Positions 38,634 through 49,151 of a stretch of 64,000 nt of DNA are shown here, one piece after another (within the stretch, counting starts at the first letter, position 1; each line of letters opens with the position of its first letter). Made by a program: the position numbers and the translations under genes. The notes below the pieces were generated by a model. That model did no database searches. It had not been told where the DNA came from and saw only the letters and a list, made by a program, of their open reading frames with translations. The stretch is from Candidatus Borrarchaeum weybense (GTDB lineage Archaea > Asgardarchaeota > Sifarchaeia > Borrarchaeales > Borrarchaeaceae). The stretch is taken from contig JAHQJS010000007.1 of NCBI GenBank assembly GCA_019057385.1, positions 128,001 through 192,000 on the forward strand, given 5' to 3'.

Positions 38634-39671
38634 TTGTCTCCTTTTGTGCAGGATAAATTAAATGAAACTCAAGAATTGCTAGACGAATTGCAATCAATAA
38701 TTCGTCCAACTACTCCTCCTCATCTAAGGGATGCTTATGCAAGGATCAGCAAAACATACGACACTGTTATTGATCTAAAAGATAAATATCTCTCCCAAAT
38801 TCACGAAACAATAAAGTACATACCAGAATTAGAAGCCATAAAAGCGTTTCTTATGAACCAGGATCTTAGATCTGACAAAATTTTCTTCGATAATAAATTT
38901 AATGAAGCACAGCAAGCTGTGAATCGATCAAAGTTATTGATAGATCAAGTTATTGATGAAATTACTACTTCTAAAGGAATTGAATGGATTATGTATGCTG
39001 ATAGGTTCCTCATAGGTGCTGAATCGTTTTTAGAGATGGCCCGTTTACAAAATGTTTCAGCATATCGTCAAATTGTCGATAGTTATGCTTCAAGCTATTG
39101 TATCCATCTTTTTGAGAGATTTCTTGAACTTGCAAAAAACGATCAAACAGGAGTTCAACTTCGTAGAAAAAAGCAGCCTCTCATTAATATTGCTCACTCC
39201 TTGATAAAGCATGTTGAAGCAAGTGCGAGTAATATGAATCTCTCAAAAACTATATTTCAAAATAGAGAGAAGGAAGACCTGCGTGTTGATTTAGTTTACG
39301 TAATGTTGCCCTCTATGCACAGCTATATTACTGAAAAAGCTTATTTTCATGCAATTAATACAAGTATAGATTCGTACAATAAGCTTATTTACATTAAAAC
39401 CTTAAGTGACAAGAAAACGTCAACACAAATAGTAAATGAAAACAAGATTAAACAAAGTCAATTCGTGGGTTTAATTTATGCACTTCATGATGAGGGAGGG
39501 AATTTTTGGGGGATCCTACCCCTTTATTCTTATGAAGTGGCAGAATTGAAAGCTAAAACATACTTTCAAGCAAATAAACTGTTGGCATCTGGTGTTTTAT
39601 CAAGTACCATATTTATTGAGACGCTAAAGCAACATTTATTAGACACTGAAAGCTCAGTTTATTATGCCTAA
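38634..39671 (+). CDS. Hypothetical alpha-helical protein
   Basis: 345-aa ORF; the frame stays open upstream to a GAGGGG site near 38580, so the start is uncertain. Confidence 0.7.
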   Translation: MSPFVQDKLNETQELLDELQSIIRPTTPPHLRDAYARISKTYDTVIDLKDKYLSQIHETIKYIPELEAIKAFLMNQDLRSDKIFFDNKFNEAQQAVNRSKLLIDQVIDEITTSKGIEWIMYADRFLIGAESFLEMARLQNVSAYRQIVDSYASSYCIHLFERFLELAKNDQTGVQLRRKKQPLINIAHSLIKHVEASASNMNLSKTIFQNREKEDLRVDLVYVMLPSMHSYITEKAYFHAINTSIDSYNKLIYIKTLSDKKTSTQIVNENKIKQSQFVGLIYALHDEGGNFWGILPLYSYEVAELKAKTYFQANKLLASGVLSSTIFIETLKQHLLDTESSVYYA

Positions 39672-39696
39672 CCTTTTAAAAAAAGAAAAAGTGTTT

Positions 39697-41037
39697 TTAG
39701 AATCTAAAGCCTTGTAATATCTTTGCTAAGATCTTTGCAGCTTCTTTTAGGCCTGAGCCAAAATTGGCAGTTTGCCTAGTCATCTTATGGACTACTGCAA
39801 GTTTTGAAGGATCTATTTTTTTAACTAACGCTGCAGCATCAGTGGTTTTTAAGAGTTTTGAGCCAATATCAACCGATGACACTCCTGGTAATACCCATTT
39901 TGCTATTGCTGGGATTTTACCTTTTTGAAGTGTTGTACCCAATTTGCTGAGTATTTTTGGATCTATCTTCATTTGACTAAGAAGTTCGCTGCTTACTGAA
40001 CCTAATTGAGTTAATGCTGGAGTTAATTCTTCAAGTCTTTGAACGGGAATGCTTGCAAGTTTTCCCTCGATTTGAGTGAAAATCGAATCAGTTACATCTG
40101 CAACTTTTGTTAAATTTTCATGAATTCTATCGAGGGATTGTCCTCCAATTTTTTCACGAAGCGTTTGAGAGATATTCACATAAATAGACTCAGCTTCTGG
40201 AATAATTGATTTTAATTGATATGCAGCTTCTGGCAGAATTGTTCCTGCATTCTTTGCTTCTTTAATCAGGCTTTGGACGGAATCTGAAATCTCTTTGAAC
40301 GAATTGATTAGTAAAGGACTAATCTGCTGAGTCATTTGGTCAATGCTCGCATTAATTTGACCAAATAACGTGTCTATATTTTGGAGGTTAAGTCCTTCTG
40401 GAATTTTCAGGTCTCTGGCAATTTTTTCGACTGTTGATGCAATCTCTTGTGATTGAGTAGCTATACGTTTGGTAAGATTTGTGTCTAGAAGTTCAGAAAG
40501 TTCTTTTGGGATACCTTTCAATATGAATTGGGTCTGAGAGGACAAATATTGCAGAAATGGGACTATTTTCGGATCAACTATACCTTTTCGAATATTTGTC
40601 CGTATTAATCTGGATAGTCTATAATTTGATAGACGCAGTAAATAGAAAATACTCCATCCACACCACCAACCGCCCCAAGGTCGCCAAATTAAGAATATCC
40701 ATGGGAAATAGTGATCATCTCGTCGTCGATAACCGAAATTTGTTGTATAAACAACCCTCGTTAATAGAGATATTAGTTGATTCAGCGTCCAGTACAAATA
40801 AGAAACTAAATTAGCATCTTTTGGTAATTGTTGGGACATCCAACCAAGATATTCTGCAAAGGCTTCGATTTGGTTGATGATTTGTTCATTTACTTTTCCT
40901 CGTAAAAAATTAGTCATACTTCTTGTGCGATCAGTTAATGTTTGGAGTGTTCTAAGAGCTGAATGTGTGATACCTTGATGATAGAGTTCTGAATAGTTCT
41001 TTGATAAACTGTTAATAAGATCATTCCACTCTTTCAT
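39697..41037 (-). CDS. Hypothetical amphipathic-helical protein with an internal Trp-rich hydrophobic segment
   Basis: ATG at 41037 abuts the CBS gene stop; contains YFPWIFLIWRPWGGWWCGWSIFYLL. Confidence 0.72.
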   Translation of the reverse strand: MKEWNDLINSLSKNYSELYHQGITHSALRTLQTLTDRTRSMTNFLRGKVNEQIINQIEAFAEYLGWMSQQLPKDANLVSYLYWTLNQLISLLTRVVYTTNFGYRRRDDHYFPWIFLIWRPWGGWWCGWSIFYLLRLSNYRLSRLIRTNIRKGIVDPKIVPFLQYLSSQTQFILKGIPKELSELLDTNLTKRIATQSQEIASTVEKIARDLKIPEGLNLQNIDTLFGQINASIDQMTQQISPLLINSFKEISDSVQSLIKEAKNAGTILPEAAYQLKSIIPEAESIYVNISQTLREKIGGQSLDRIHENLTKVADVTDSIFTQIEGKLASIPVQRLEELTPALTQLGSVSSELLSQMKIDPKILSKLGTTLQKGKIPAIAKWVLPGVSSVDIGSKLLKTTDAAALVKKIDPSKLAVVHKMTRQTANFGSGLKEAAKILAKILQGFRF

Positions 41038-41038
41038 T

Positions 41039-41470
41039 TCATTTCTCCTCGATAGCTTTTGAGGCAGATAGTTCAAATTCTTTTAAGGCTAAAAGACAAT
41101 CATTAATTGTAAGTACTCCCAGGAGTTTTTGATCATTTTTTTGTACAATCGGAATAATAGGCACTTTACGGTCAATCAATGTCTGTGTAGCAGTCATCAC
41201 ATCAGTTTCTTCAGAGAGAGGATCGGTTTTTTCCATAATTTGCTTTATTGTAACTTGACTGGGATCCTCTTCTACAGCAATTACTTTTCTGATGATATCA
41301 GATTCCATAACTATACCGCTTAGCTTGTGTTCTTCAGAAATAACAACTAAATCGGTTATATCTCGTGTCTTCATTAGTTTTGCTGCTTCAAGCACGCTCA
41401 TTGTTTCATTTACTGCTTCATATTCGTCATGAATAGGAAGTTCAGAAACTAAAGGTAGTTTTTTTTGCAT
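41039..41470 (-). CDS. CBS-domain pair protein
   Basis: SVLEAAKLM...LVVI...LSGIVMESDI; IIPIV...LLGVLTINDC. Confidence 0.88.
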   Translation of the reverse strand: MQKKLPLVSELPIHDEYEAVNETMSVLEAAKLMKTRDITDLVVISEEHKLSGIVMESDIIRKVIAVEEDPSQVTIKQIMEKTDPLSEETDVMTATQTLIDRKVPIIPIVQKNDQKLLGVLTINDCLLALKEFELSASKAIEEK

Positions 41471-41648
41471 AGTTTGTCCCTCGTTGCACTTCAAGGAAAA
41501 ATGTCTCAAATATTTATTCAATTAACTCTTTCAACTAATCAATGGACATTTAAAAATATAAAACTATTGAATTTGATATTGATAAAAATTGAACTCCTAG
41601 GCGTTTTTAAAGTTTATTTGAATATTATAAGGGTATTACTTCAAATGT

Positions 41649-42113
41649 CTATTTACGAACTCTTACAATTTGCCCCTGATTTGCTTTCTGTAATTCTTCC
41701 GGAGAAATTTTTACTAGTGAGTGTTCAGATCCTCCACTTGTGTAAACAACTTCATTTTCTATTACTCTTGGATCTATCAGAAATATTGCTTGATATCCAA
41801 ATGAAGGAACACCACCACAAGGAAATCCTGTTTTTTCTAAAATCTCTTCTGGTTTAGCGGTTCTGGGTCTTTCGATATTTAAAGCTTTAGCTACACGTGA
41901 CGTACTAACTCTATTCTCTCCTTTGACAATAGCGACTATCAGATTTCCTTGAAAGTCAACCATGCAAATGTTTTTAACAAACTCTTCTCTCTCAGCCTTT
42001 GCAGCTTTTGCAGCTTCTTCTACTGAATGACAGGATTTTTCAAAGTGAAGATGTGCACACTTAATATCTTTATCTCGTATAAAGGCTTTCATTTTTTCTT
42101 CAAATTCATTCAT
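41649..42113 (-). CDS. YbaK/EbsC-family aminoacyl-tRNA deacylase
   Basis: HSVEEAAK...FVKNI, TGFPCGGVPSFG, SGGS. Confidence 0.88.
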   Translation of the reverse strand: MNEFEEKMKAFIRDKDIKCAHLHFEKSCHSVEEAAKAAKAEREEFVKNICMVDFQGNLIVAIVKGENRVSTSRVAKALNIERPRTAKPEEILEKTGFPCGGVPSFGYQAIFLIDPRVIENEVVYTSGGSEHSLVKISPEELQKANQGQIVRVRK

Positions 42114-42199
42114 GCTTCAAAAATAGTATTAGTAGCCTTAAATAAAGGCTTTGATTCTATACTATAACTCTTTTTTTAGATTTACATTGAATCCAATTG

Positions 42200-42886
42200 C
42201 TAGCTTAAACTTTTTCCGCAGTTCGGACAGAAGATCATATCATCTTCAAGTGGAAAATCACAAGATGGACAAGTGTTCATTTTTATTACAGGTTTTAAAC
42301 CTGATTCAATTTCAACTCCACAATTCGGACAGTATATCACATCATCTTCCAATTTAAAACCACAATTCTGACATTTTTTCGCTTCCATTGGATGAACTTC
42401 CCCAACATCAGCCACAGGGGGACTAGTCTCAATACCAGGTTGCATAACCGGTTCCATAGTAGGTTGCATAACCGGTTCCATAACAGGAATTGGGGTAGTC
42501 GAAACTTGACCTTCAGAAGGTAGTCCTTTTACTTTTTCTTGACAATATCTTACAACCTGTTGTGCACTCTTGCCCATTAAATACTTCTCATCCGCTCGTA
42601 TAGGATTTCCTTTAAGATATATTTTCTGCAAGTTTGTTAGATATTCTAAGCCTTTTAGTTCTGTTATTTCATTAAAACGAAGATCCAATACTCTTAGTTG
42701 AGCTAGGTTCTCTAAACCGCGAATCTCCTTTATTTTGTTATGGTCAATAATCAACTCTTGAAGATTTGTAAAATTACCTAAGCCCTGAATCTCAGAAATG
42801 GCCTGTAATTTCTTAAAACGGATTTCTAACTTGCCTTTTTTAACTTCATAGTTGTTTCCTCTAACAGTAACATAACCATTTGTCAT
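42200..42886 (-). CDS. LRR module plus Pro/Met linker plus double zinc-ribbon protein
   Basis: SDS22-like LRRs, SAQQVVRYCQ cap, CQNCG/CPNCG and CPSCD/CPNCG. Confidence 0.85.
   Translation of the reverse strand: MTNGYVTVRGNNYEVKKGKLEIRFKKLQAISEIQGLGNFTNLQELIIDHNKIKEIRGLENLAQLRVLDLRFNEITELKGLEYLTNLQKIYLKGNPIRADEKYLMGKSAQQVVRYCQEKVKGLPSEGQVSTTPIPVMEPVMQPTMEPVMQPGIETSPPVADVGEVHPMEAKKCQNCGFKLEDDVIYCPNCGVEIESGLKPVIKMNTCPSCDFPLEDDMIFCPNCGKSLS
42437..42482. repeat. Intragenic 24-nt-period tandem repeat (MEPVMQP twice)
   Basis: AGGTTGCATAACCGGTTCCATA at 42437 and 42461. Confidence 0.85.
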
Positions 42887-43205
42887 ATTCAGTTCATCAC
42901 CGTTTTTTTCTTTTATTTTTGAGAGGTAAACTCATATGGCTTTTCAGTGTTTAATTATTTCTGTTAACAGAAAATCTCTATTAAGAACTTGTCAAACGAC
43001 TATAAAAATGATATCAGCAAGATTTATATTGAATGAATGTATGCAAATCCATTCTTGTGTAATAGCGAATCTTATGAGAGAGTATCCGACTTTGGAAGGA
43101 GATATAATTCAAACAATGTCTAAGTTTCACTAAAGAATTGACTCAGAAAGATTTAAATTACTAGAGTTTTTTTCATCGATTACTTTACAGTATTAAGCAA
43201 AATTC

Positions 43206-44447
43206 TTGAGTATGGAAGAATGCAATTTGTCCAAATACATTGAACGAAAGCTTTTAACAGGTTGCTCCGTTGTCCATATAGTAAATGATGGATCAGAAGT
43301 TGTAATAGCTGCATTATTACCGCTTATAGCACAAGAATTCTTGCTTAGTTATTTTCAAATTGGTGTACTCTTAGCTTCATATCTGTTAATTCTGGGCATT
43401 TTTCAGATTGCTTTTGGCTACCTTTCAGAAAAATTCTCTGAAAAAATCTTATTGAGTTTTGGTTTAGGCATAGTAATGGTTTCCTCTTTTCTAATTAGTC
43501 AAACTCAAATTTTCTCCGCATTGTTCGCCTTTAATTGTATGGCAGGCATTGGAGCAAGTACATTCCACCCTGCAAATTTTACTTTGGTGTCACGAGTTTA
43601 TGAGGGAAACGTCCAACGAGATAAAGTGATGGGGGTCATTGCAGGAGTTGGAGATCTCGGAGTTTTGATTGCATTCTTTTCAAATGGGTTTATTGGTCAA
43701 TTCTTCGGATGGAGACTGGCTTTTCTGATTTGGGGAGTCTTAGCAGCTCTGGCTATTATTATTCACTCAATCCTCTCTAGAAACTCATCATATGTATGCT
43801 CGACTAATGATTCTTCAAATACTCATTCCAAGTCAGATGAAAACAAACCATCGAGTTATTCCTCAAAGGTAAAATGGGGTCTAGTTCTCATACTAGCGCT
43901 TAACTTCTGTATTGGCGCAGCGTATCGTACATATCTTGCATTTACACCACTCTTTCTCACAACCACAAAAGGCTTTAGTACAGCAATTGCAGACTCGATA
44001 ATGAGTATAATGATTGCCGTAGGAGTCATTTCAATCTCGTTAAGCGGTTTTATATTTAAAAAGTATGGAAAGCGAAGAATTGAACTACTTACACTGCTTG
44101 TATTAGGTGTTGTTTCGATTTTATTTGCTTTCGTTCAATTAACTGTAGCGATAATCATTCTTCTTCTGATGGTAGGATTTAGCTTATACATAATGTACCC
44201 GATTGTGCTAACCTTAGTAGCAGATTTAACACATTTTGAAAAACGTGGTCGAAGCTATGGTTATTTTATGAGTATAAGTTGGATTGGAGGCGCGTTTTCA
44301 TCTTTCTTGAATGGGATTCTTTCTGAGATTTTCGGATTGTTTATTATTTATATTGTCGTTGCCGTTATCATGCTTCTCTGTATAGGTTTGGTTGCTTTTA
44401 GTAGTGCAGACCTTTGGTCAAAAAAGTTAAATGATGTCGATAACTGA
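43206..44447 (+). CDS. MFS transporter (FSR/ACS-like)
   Basis: 12 TM pattern, HIVND, GYLSEKFS, GIGASTFHP, KRGRSYG. Confidence 0.88.
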   Translation: MSMEECNLSKYIERKLLTGCSVVHIVNDGSEVVIAALLPLIAQEFLLSYFQIGVLLASYLLILGIFQIAFGYLSEKFSEKILLSFGLGIVMVSSFLISQTQIFSALFAFNCMAGIGASTFHPANFTLVSRVYEGNVQRDKVMGVIAGVGDLGVLIAFFSNGFIGQFFGWRLAFLIWGVLAALAIIIHSILSRNSSYVCSTNDSSNTHSKSDENKPSSYSSKVKWGLVLILALNFCIGAAYRTYLAFTPLFLTTTKGFSTAIADSIMSIMIAVGVISISLSGFIFKKYGKRRIELLTLLVLGVVSILFAFVQLTVAIIILLLMVGFSLYIMYPIVLTLVADLTHFEKRGRSYGYFMSISWIGGAFSSFLNGILSEIFGLFIIYIVVAVIMLLCIGLVAFSSADLWSKKLNDVDN

Positions 44448-44657
44448 TATTTTGAAAATCATGCATTCTTCGTGAGGTAATTGTAGATCTCGCAATTTTT
44501 TTCCTTTATTTTAAAGTTTATGCGAAAATGTTTTATTTCTGAAGCTAGGATATAATATTTGCAGTTAGTTACAGTTAAATTTGTATATCGGAGCGTAATA
44601 CACTGCGAAATTTTCAAAATATTAAAATCTAGTGATATGGTGGAGAGTTGTTTCATA

Positions 44658-45233
44658 ATGTCTTTCGTGGAGGAGTTCTTTAAAAGGGGAAATACATATT
44701 TCAAGCAAAGAAAATACCAACAAGCGATAGATGAATATACTAAAGCACTAGAAAATGATCCGAACAATTTTTATCTTTTGTACAATATGGGCGTCACTTG
44801 TTTTGAGTTATCTCAGTACACGAGAGCAATTGAATTCTACAGACGTGCATTGAGTATCAATCCAAGCTCAATAAAACTATGGAACAATTTGGGTGCTGCG
44901 TATGATGAATTAGGTCAACGCGAGACAGCAATAGAATGCTACAGTAAAACAATACAATTAAACCCAGAAGACGATATCGCATGGTACAACCTTGGCGTCG
45001 CTTATGAAAGGCGTGGAGAAAGCGACAAAGCAGTTCAATCTTATCAAAGAATTGTTGAAATCACGCCTCATGATGAAAATGCTTGGTTATTCTTGGGATG
45101 GGCTTATGGAAGAATGGGCTATTTTCGTCAAGAAATAGAATGTTATGAAACGGTGTTGATGCTAAATCCTAATCATCAACGTGCTAAAAGAGATTTAGAA
45201 CTTGCGCAAAAGAGGACACCTTTAATATTTTAA
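44658..45233 (+). CDS. TPR protein
   Basis: About five TPRs (YNMG...A, WNNLG...A, WYNLG...A, WLFLG); ATG at 44658 preferred. Confidence 0.88.
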   Translation: MSFVEEFFKRGNTYFKQRKYQQAIDEYTKALENDPNNFYLLYNMGVTCFELSQYTRAIEFYRRALSINPSSIKLWNNLGAAYDELGQRETAIECYSKTIQLNPEDDIAWYNLGVAYERRGESDKAVQSYQRIVEITPHDENAWLFLGWAYGRMGYFRQEIECYETVLMLNPNHQRAKRDLELAQKRTPLIF

Positions 45234-45527
45234 TTAAATAGCAAGGTCCATTTCCAATCTCAATTCCAAATAATTTTTCTTCTTAATTTTGTTTAACTCT
45301 TATTTGAAACTAGATGCTATGCCATTCTTTAATTGTTGATTTTTGAACACATTTCATATGTATGCTCTTTCTGTTTTTTAGCAACTTTTTGATAAGTTAT
45401 TTAAAATGTTTCTTAAAATCATTATTAATCTCTTTGAAGTGTTGAGACTTGTGGTTTTAAAAAGAATAAGTCATAAAAATGTAAAGAAAGCTTAAAATCC
45501 AAATCAGCTTAAATTTTTCAGCTTAAT

Positions 45528-46511
45528 ATGGGTGTTTTTCAAATGGAGATTAAAGAGATAAAAATTAATGAACTTAATCCTGAAAAATTCATAGATGAGA
45601 AAATACAAGAGATATCCTCAACAGTTGGAGATGGAATCGCTATTAATGCATTATCTGGCGGTGTTGACTCATCAACAGTCACTATGTTAGGGCATAAAGC
45701 TTTAGGAAGTCGGCTCAGAACTTACTTCATAGAGAATGGTTTAATGAGAGACGATGAACCTCAACAAGTGGTATCCCTATTTAAGAATCTAGGAGTCCAC
45801 GTAGAAATTATAGACGCAAAAGAAACTTTCTTCAAAGCATTGAAAGGAATAATAGATCCAGAAGAGAAGAGGGATAAAGGCATTACAAAAACTTTTTACA
45901 AGGATGTTTTCGGGAAATTAGTAAAGGAAAGCGGAGCAAAATTCTTACTTCAAGGAACCATTTACACCGATATAGAAGAAACTGTTGCGGGGATAAAGAG
46001 GCAACATAATGTACTTGAACAACTTGGAATAGATACAGAAGAGCAATATGGCTATAAAGTTATTGAACCTTTGCTTGAACTTAGAAAAGATACGGTGAGA
46101 GTTGTTGCTAAACATCTGGGACTTCCAGAATCAACGTACAACAGAATGCCTTTCCCAGGACCTGCCTTAGCGGCAAGAGTAATAGGGGAAGTAACACCTG
46201 AGAGAATTGAAATTGTTAGGAAAGCAACAACAATAGTAGAAGAAGAATTAGCAAACATAGACGCCTTTCAATATATGGCAATACTCCATGAAGACAGAGT
46301 TACTGGAATAAGGAGCGGAAAGAGAGAGTTTGGTCGACAAATTGAAATTAGATGTTGGGATAGTGTCGATGCAACAGTTGCTACACCAACATGTTTAAAC
46401 TTCGAAACGCTGGAGAAACTAGCTGATAGGATCACAAGAGAAGTTCCTGGCGTGGTAAGTGTAACTTACAATATTGCAAAGAAACCACCTTCCACAATGG
46501 AAGTTGTTTAG
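45528..46511 (+). CDS. guaAB: GMP synthase ATP-pyrophosphatase subunit (subunit B)
   Basis: ALSGGVDSS, DPEEKR, LLQGTIYTDIEE, IKRQHNV, PFPGPALAARVIGEV, KPPSTME. Confidence 0.88.
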   Translation: MGVFQMEIKEIKINELNPEKFIDEKIQEISSTVGDGIAINALSGGVDSSTVTMLGHKALGSRLRTYFIENGLMRDDEPQQVVSLFKNLGVHVEIIDAKETFFKALKGIIDPEEKRDKGITKTFYKDVFGKLVKESGAKFLLQGTIYTDIEETVAGIKRQHNVLEQLGIDTEEQYGYKVIEPLLELRKDTVRVVAKHLGLPESTYNRMPFPGPALAARVIGEVTPERIEIVRKATTIVEEELANIDAFQYMAILHEDRVTGIRSGKREFGRQIEIRCWDSVDATVATPTCLNFETLEKLADRITREVPGVVSVTYNIAKKPPSTMEVV

Positions 46512-46740
46512 ACGTCTCCTTTTCTTTTTAAGCGTCAAGCAAGTCCTCATTTTTTACCATAACTTTTTAAAAACAGGTAATTTTCCTTCAAAATTTTCTA
46601 ACGCAAAAAATATCACATTTTATCACGTTTTTGTGATCATCAGTTTCTTTTTTGGTGAAAAGTTTATAATCATCAACGTAGATACTATATTTGAATATCA
46701 AAAAAACAATATATGGATTTGTACAAAAATTAGGGGCGTA

Positions 46741-46792
46741 TTTATCATTATAGTTTAATACACAAGCCGGTTTATCATTATAGTTTAATACA
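46741..46792. repeat. 30-nt-period direct repeat immediately upstream of the ATPase subunit gene
   Basis: TTTATCATTATAGTTTAATACA identical at 46741 and 46771. Confidence 0.88.
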
Positions 46793-46808
46793 AAAACTGG
46801 GGATTCTA

Positions 46809-47894
46809 ATGTCGCTCTGGACATACGGTTACCTCAATGCGAGGCTTAGAGGTCTCCTAAGTTTTATGACCAGAGCGGACACCATTCATAATTTGCTACA
46901 AGCGGCTACAGTTAACGAATTAATAGATATTATTAATTTAACTTCTTATAAAAAATATTTTGAAGCCTTGGATGAGATTTCAATCGATCAAATTGAAATA
47001 GCATTAAAAACACACTTTTCTGATATATGTAATTCGCTTCATAGGGGTTTAAGGGGGAAGCTTGCCTATACTTTTAATGCTATATTGGCAAAGTTTAATA
47101 GTCCGAATTTAAAAACAATCTTGAGAGGTATACACGCCGACCTTGATAGAGATGACATTCTTAAATATATTTTCCCTATTAAAGGCTCATTTCCAAGAAT
47201 AGCATCAAATGGATGCTTTTCGGAAAGTTTTACTCCACTTGCTAAAGAAAATACAATTAAAGATGCTCTAGAAAACATTAGAAACCCCGAACTAAGAAAT
47301 AAACTTTTAGAAGCATATTCTGAATATCAGGCCTCAGATAATCTGCTTTTTTTAGAATTATCTATTGATAATTTTGTATACAGCCAACTTTGGAAAACTG
47401 TATGCAAGTGGAAGTCTAATAAGTTATTCAGAATTAATCCAAAATTTCATATTAAGAATTTAGTGGGAGAAGAAATTGATTTAATGAATATTTTAGTAAT
47501 TTTACGATGTATTTCGCAAGGTATCGACCCACAACAATTTATTATTCCAATTTATTATAGGATCTGCAAAATTGTTCCTATTATCTTAAAACAAGATAGT
47601 ATAGATAAGGTTTCACAGATTTTTTCACAATGCCCATTTTATGAGTACCTTTTTGCGGATTTTGCAGATAAAGAGCTTTTTGAAGTGATTTCAACGTTAG
47701 AAGTCACTTTACCAAGGCATCATGTGCGTTTGTGCAGGGATTGCTTTAATGAGCATCCCTATAATGTTGCTTTACTCTATTGTTTTCTTATCGTGAAATT
47801 TTATGAGATTTACGATCTTAGGTTAGTTCTTGCTGGCAAATTAGAAGAAATGAGTCCTACGAAAATTCAAAATCATTTGATACTCTATACTTAA
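46809..47894 (+). CDS. A/V-type ATPase subunit C (V0-d/AC39 family)
   Basis: YGYLNARLRGL, NLKTILRG, EIDLMNILVILR, EIYDLRLVLAGK. Confidence 0.8.
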   Translation: MSLWTYGYLNARLRGLLSFMTRADTIHNLLQAATVNELIDIINLTSYKKYFEALDEISIDQIEIALKTHFSDICNSLHRGLRGKLAYTFNAILAKFNSPNLKTILRGIHADLDRDDILKYIFPIKGSFPRIASNGCFSESFTPLAKENTIKDALENIRNPELRNKLLEAYSEYQASDNLLFLELSIDNFVYSQLWKTVCKWKSNKLFRINPKFHIKNLVGEEIDLMNILVILRCISQGIDPQQFIIPIYYRICKIVPIILKQDSIDKVSQIFSQCPFYEYLFADFADKELFEVISTLEVTLPRHHVRLCRDCFNEHPYNVALLYCFLIVKFYEIYDLRLVLAGKLEEMSPTKIQNHLILYT

Positions 47895-47916
47895 AGAAGA
47901 GGAGGTGAACTGAAAT

Positions 47917-48231
47917 ATGAAAAAATCTAAATTCGTGATCCTTTCGTTTCTTTCAGTCTTTTTGCTAATTCAGCGTGCCGTTGCTGAGAATGAAATCATC
48001 CATACAATTCCTGAAAACGGACTCATTGCTATAGGTGTTGGAGTTCTTCTCGGTCTGGCTGGTCTTGGGGCCGCCTTAGGTATGGGTATGGCTAGTTCTG
48101 CAGCGTGTGGAGCGATTGCTGAAAAACCAGAAATATACGGAAGAACCATGCTCTTTATTGTTTTCATTGAGGCCATTGCAATTTATGCCTTTGTTATTGC
48201 ACTAATGATGGCAACTACAATAATAGGCTAA
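47917..48231 (+). CDS. atpK: A/V-type ATPase proteolipid (subunit K/c) with N-terminal signal-like extension
   Basis: GLAGLGAALGMG...GAIAEKPE...FIVFIEAIAIYAFVIA. Confidence 0.88.
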   Translation: MKKSKFVILSFLSVFLLIQRAVAENEIIHTIPENGLIAIGVGVLLGLAGLGAALGMGMASSAACGAIAEKPEIYGRTMLFIVFIEAIAIYAFVIALMMATTIIG

Positions 48232-48335
48232 AAACAATATTTCCAACAAACTAATAGTCAGTTTAAAGGTTTTTTGATGCGTTAACTGAATAATTTTTTC
48301 CATAATGATTTGAATTTAACCTATGGGGTGATATC

Positions 48336-48656
48336 GTGAGAGAAAACTCAATCAATACTATTAAAGAAAAAATAGAATGTTTCAAAAACCTTAGCTTAGC
48401 AATTACTGTCCCGAGTTTTGTGATAATAGGTCTTGTAGTAGATTACTACTATGGGATAATGTGCAATTATATATTGTGCGGCACTGGTGTGCTCTCTGGT
48501 ACATTAATCGGGATATTCCTTACCTTTATAGAAGTAATTGCTTGGTATAATCATCCTAATACATCTCCCAGAAAAATTCCAGCACATAGGCTCTCAAAAC
48601 TCATTAAAGATAGCACTTGGGTTAATCAACCGGTTAAGACACAAGAAATAAACTAG
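48336..48656 (+). CDS. AtpZ/AtpI-like small membrane protein
   Basis: Two TM helices with IG..VD..YG...G.LIG pattern; adjacent to the proteolipid gene. Confidence 0.55.
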   Translation: MRENSINTIKEKIECFKNLSLAITVPSFVIIGLVVDYYYGIMCNYILCGTGVLSGTLIGIFLTFIEVIAWYNHPNTSPRKIPAHRLSKLIKDSTWVNQPVKTQEIN

Positions 48657-48893
48657 AACTATAATCTCATCAAAGAAATTCAAGTTCACAGCAAAACATG
48701 TTATTTAATTCTACCTGAAATGGAGATGATGTCTCTAATGTGTTTAAGTAAAATACATTTATACAGTATTTTTTTCATAATTACTGCTAAGTTGCCAACA
48801 CGAAAGGAATTCAGGGAATTTTGTATACCAATCGAGCCTTAATCATTAAAAGATATTGTGTTTTTACCGGAATGTTCCTGATTCGATAATAAA

Positions 48894-49151
48894 ATGAAAG
48901 AAAGAGGAGGTGGAAAAAAAATACTGGTCGAAATTCCTAAACTGAAGTATTTAAAGACTTTCATAATTTCAGAAAATAAAATCTTACGTTTTCTTCAGAA
49001 GGATGAAAAATACTACATTGAAATAATCGGGAAGGGATATATAGTTCAATATTTAGCAGGTAAAACTCTAATAATGGCAGAAAAACGCTATAAAGATGTT
49101 ATCAAAAAGATAAATGCAGGATGGAGTTCTCTTGAACCATTTTGGTTTTAG
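48894..49151 (+). CDS. Hypothetical protein
   Basis: 85-aa ORF, no motif recognised. Confidence 0.35.
   Translation: MKERGGGKKILVEIPKLKYLKTFIISENKILRFLQKDEKYYIEIIGKGYIVQYLAGKTLIMAEKRYKDVIKKINAGWSSLEPFWF

Noticed and set aside
46588-46824. ORF containing VLNYNDK twice
   Set aside because: It is a by-product of the 30-nt promoter repeat and overlaps the ATPase gene start on the opposite strand.
48657-48842. 61-codon open extension after the TAG of the AtpZ/I-like gene
   Set aside because: It has no recognisable domain and the family is normally this short; one such run among 14 TAG stops is plausible by chance.
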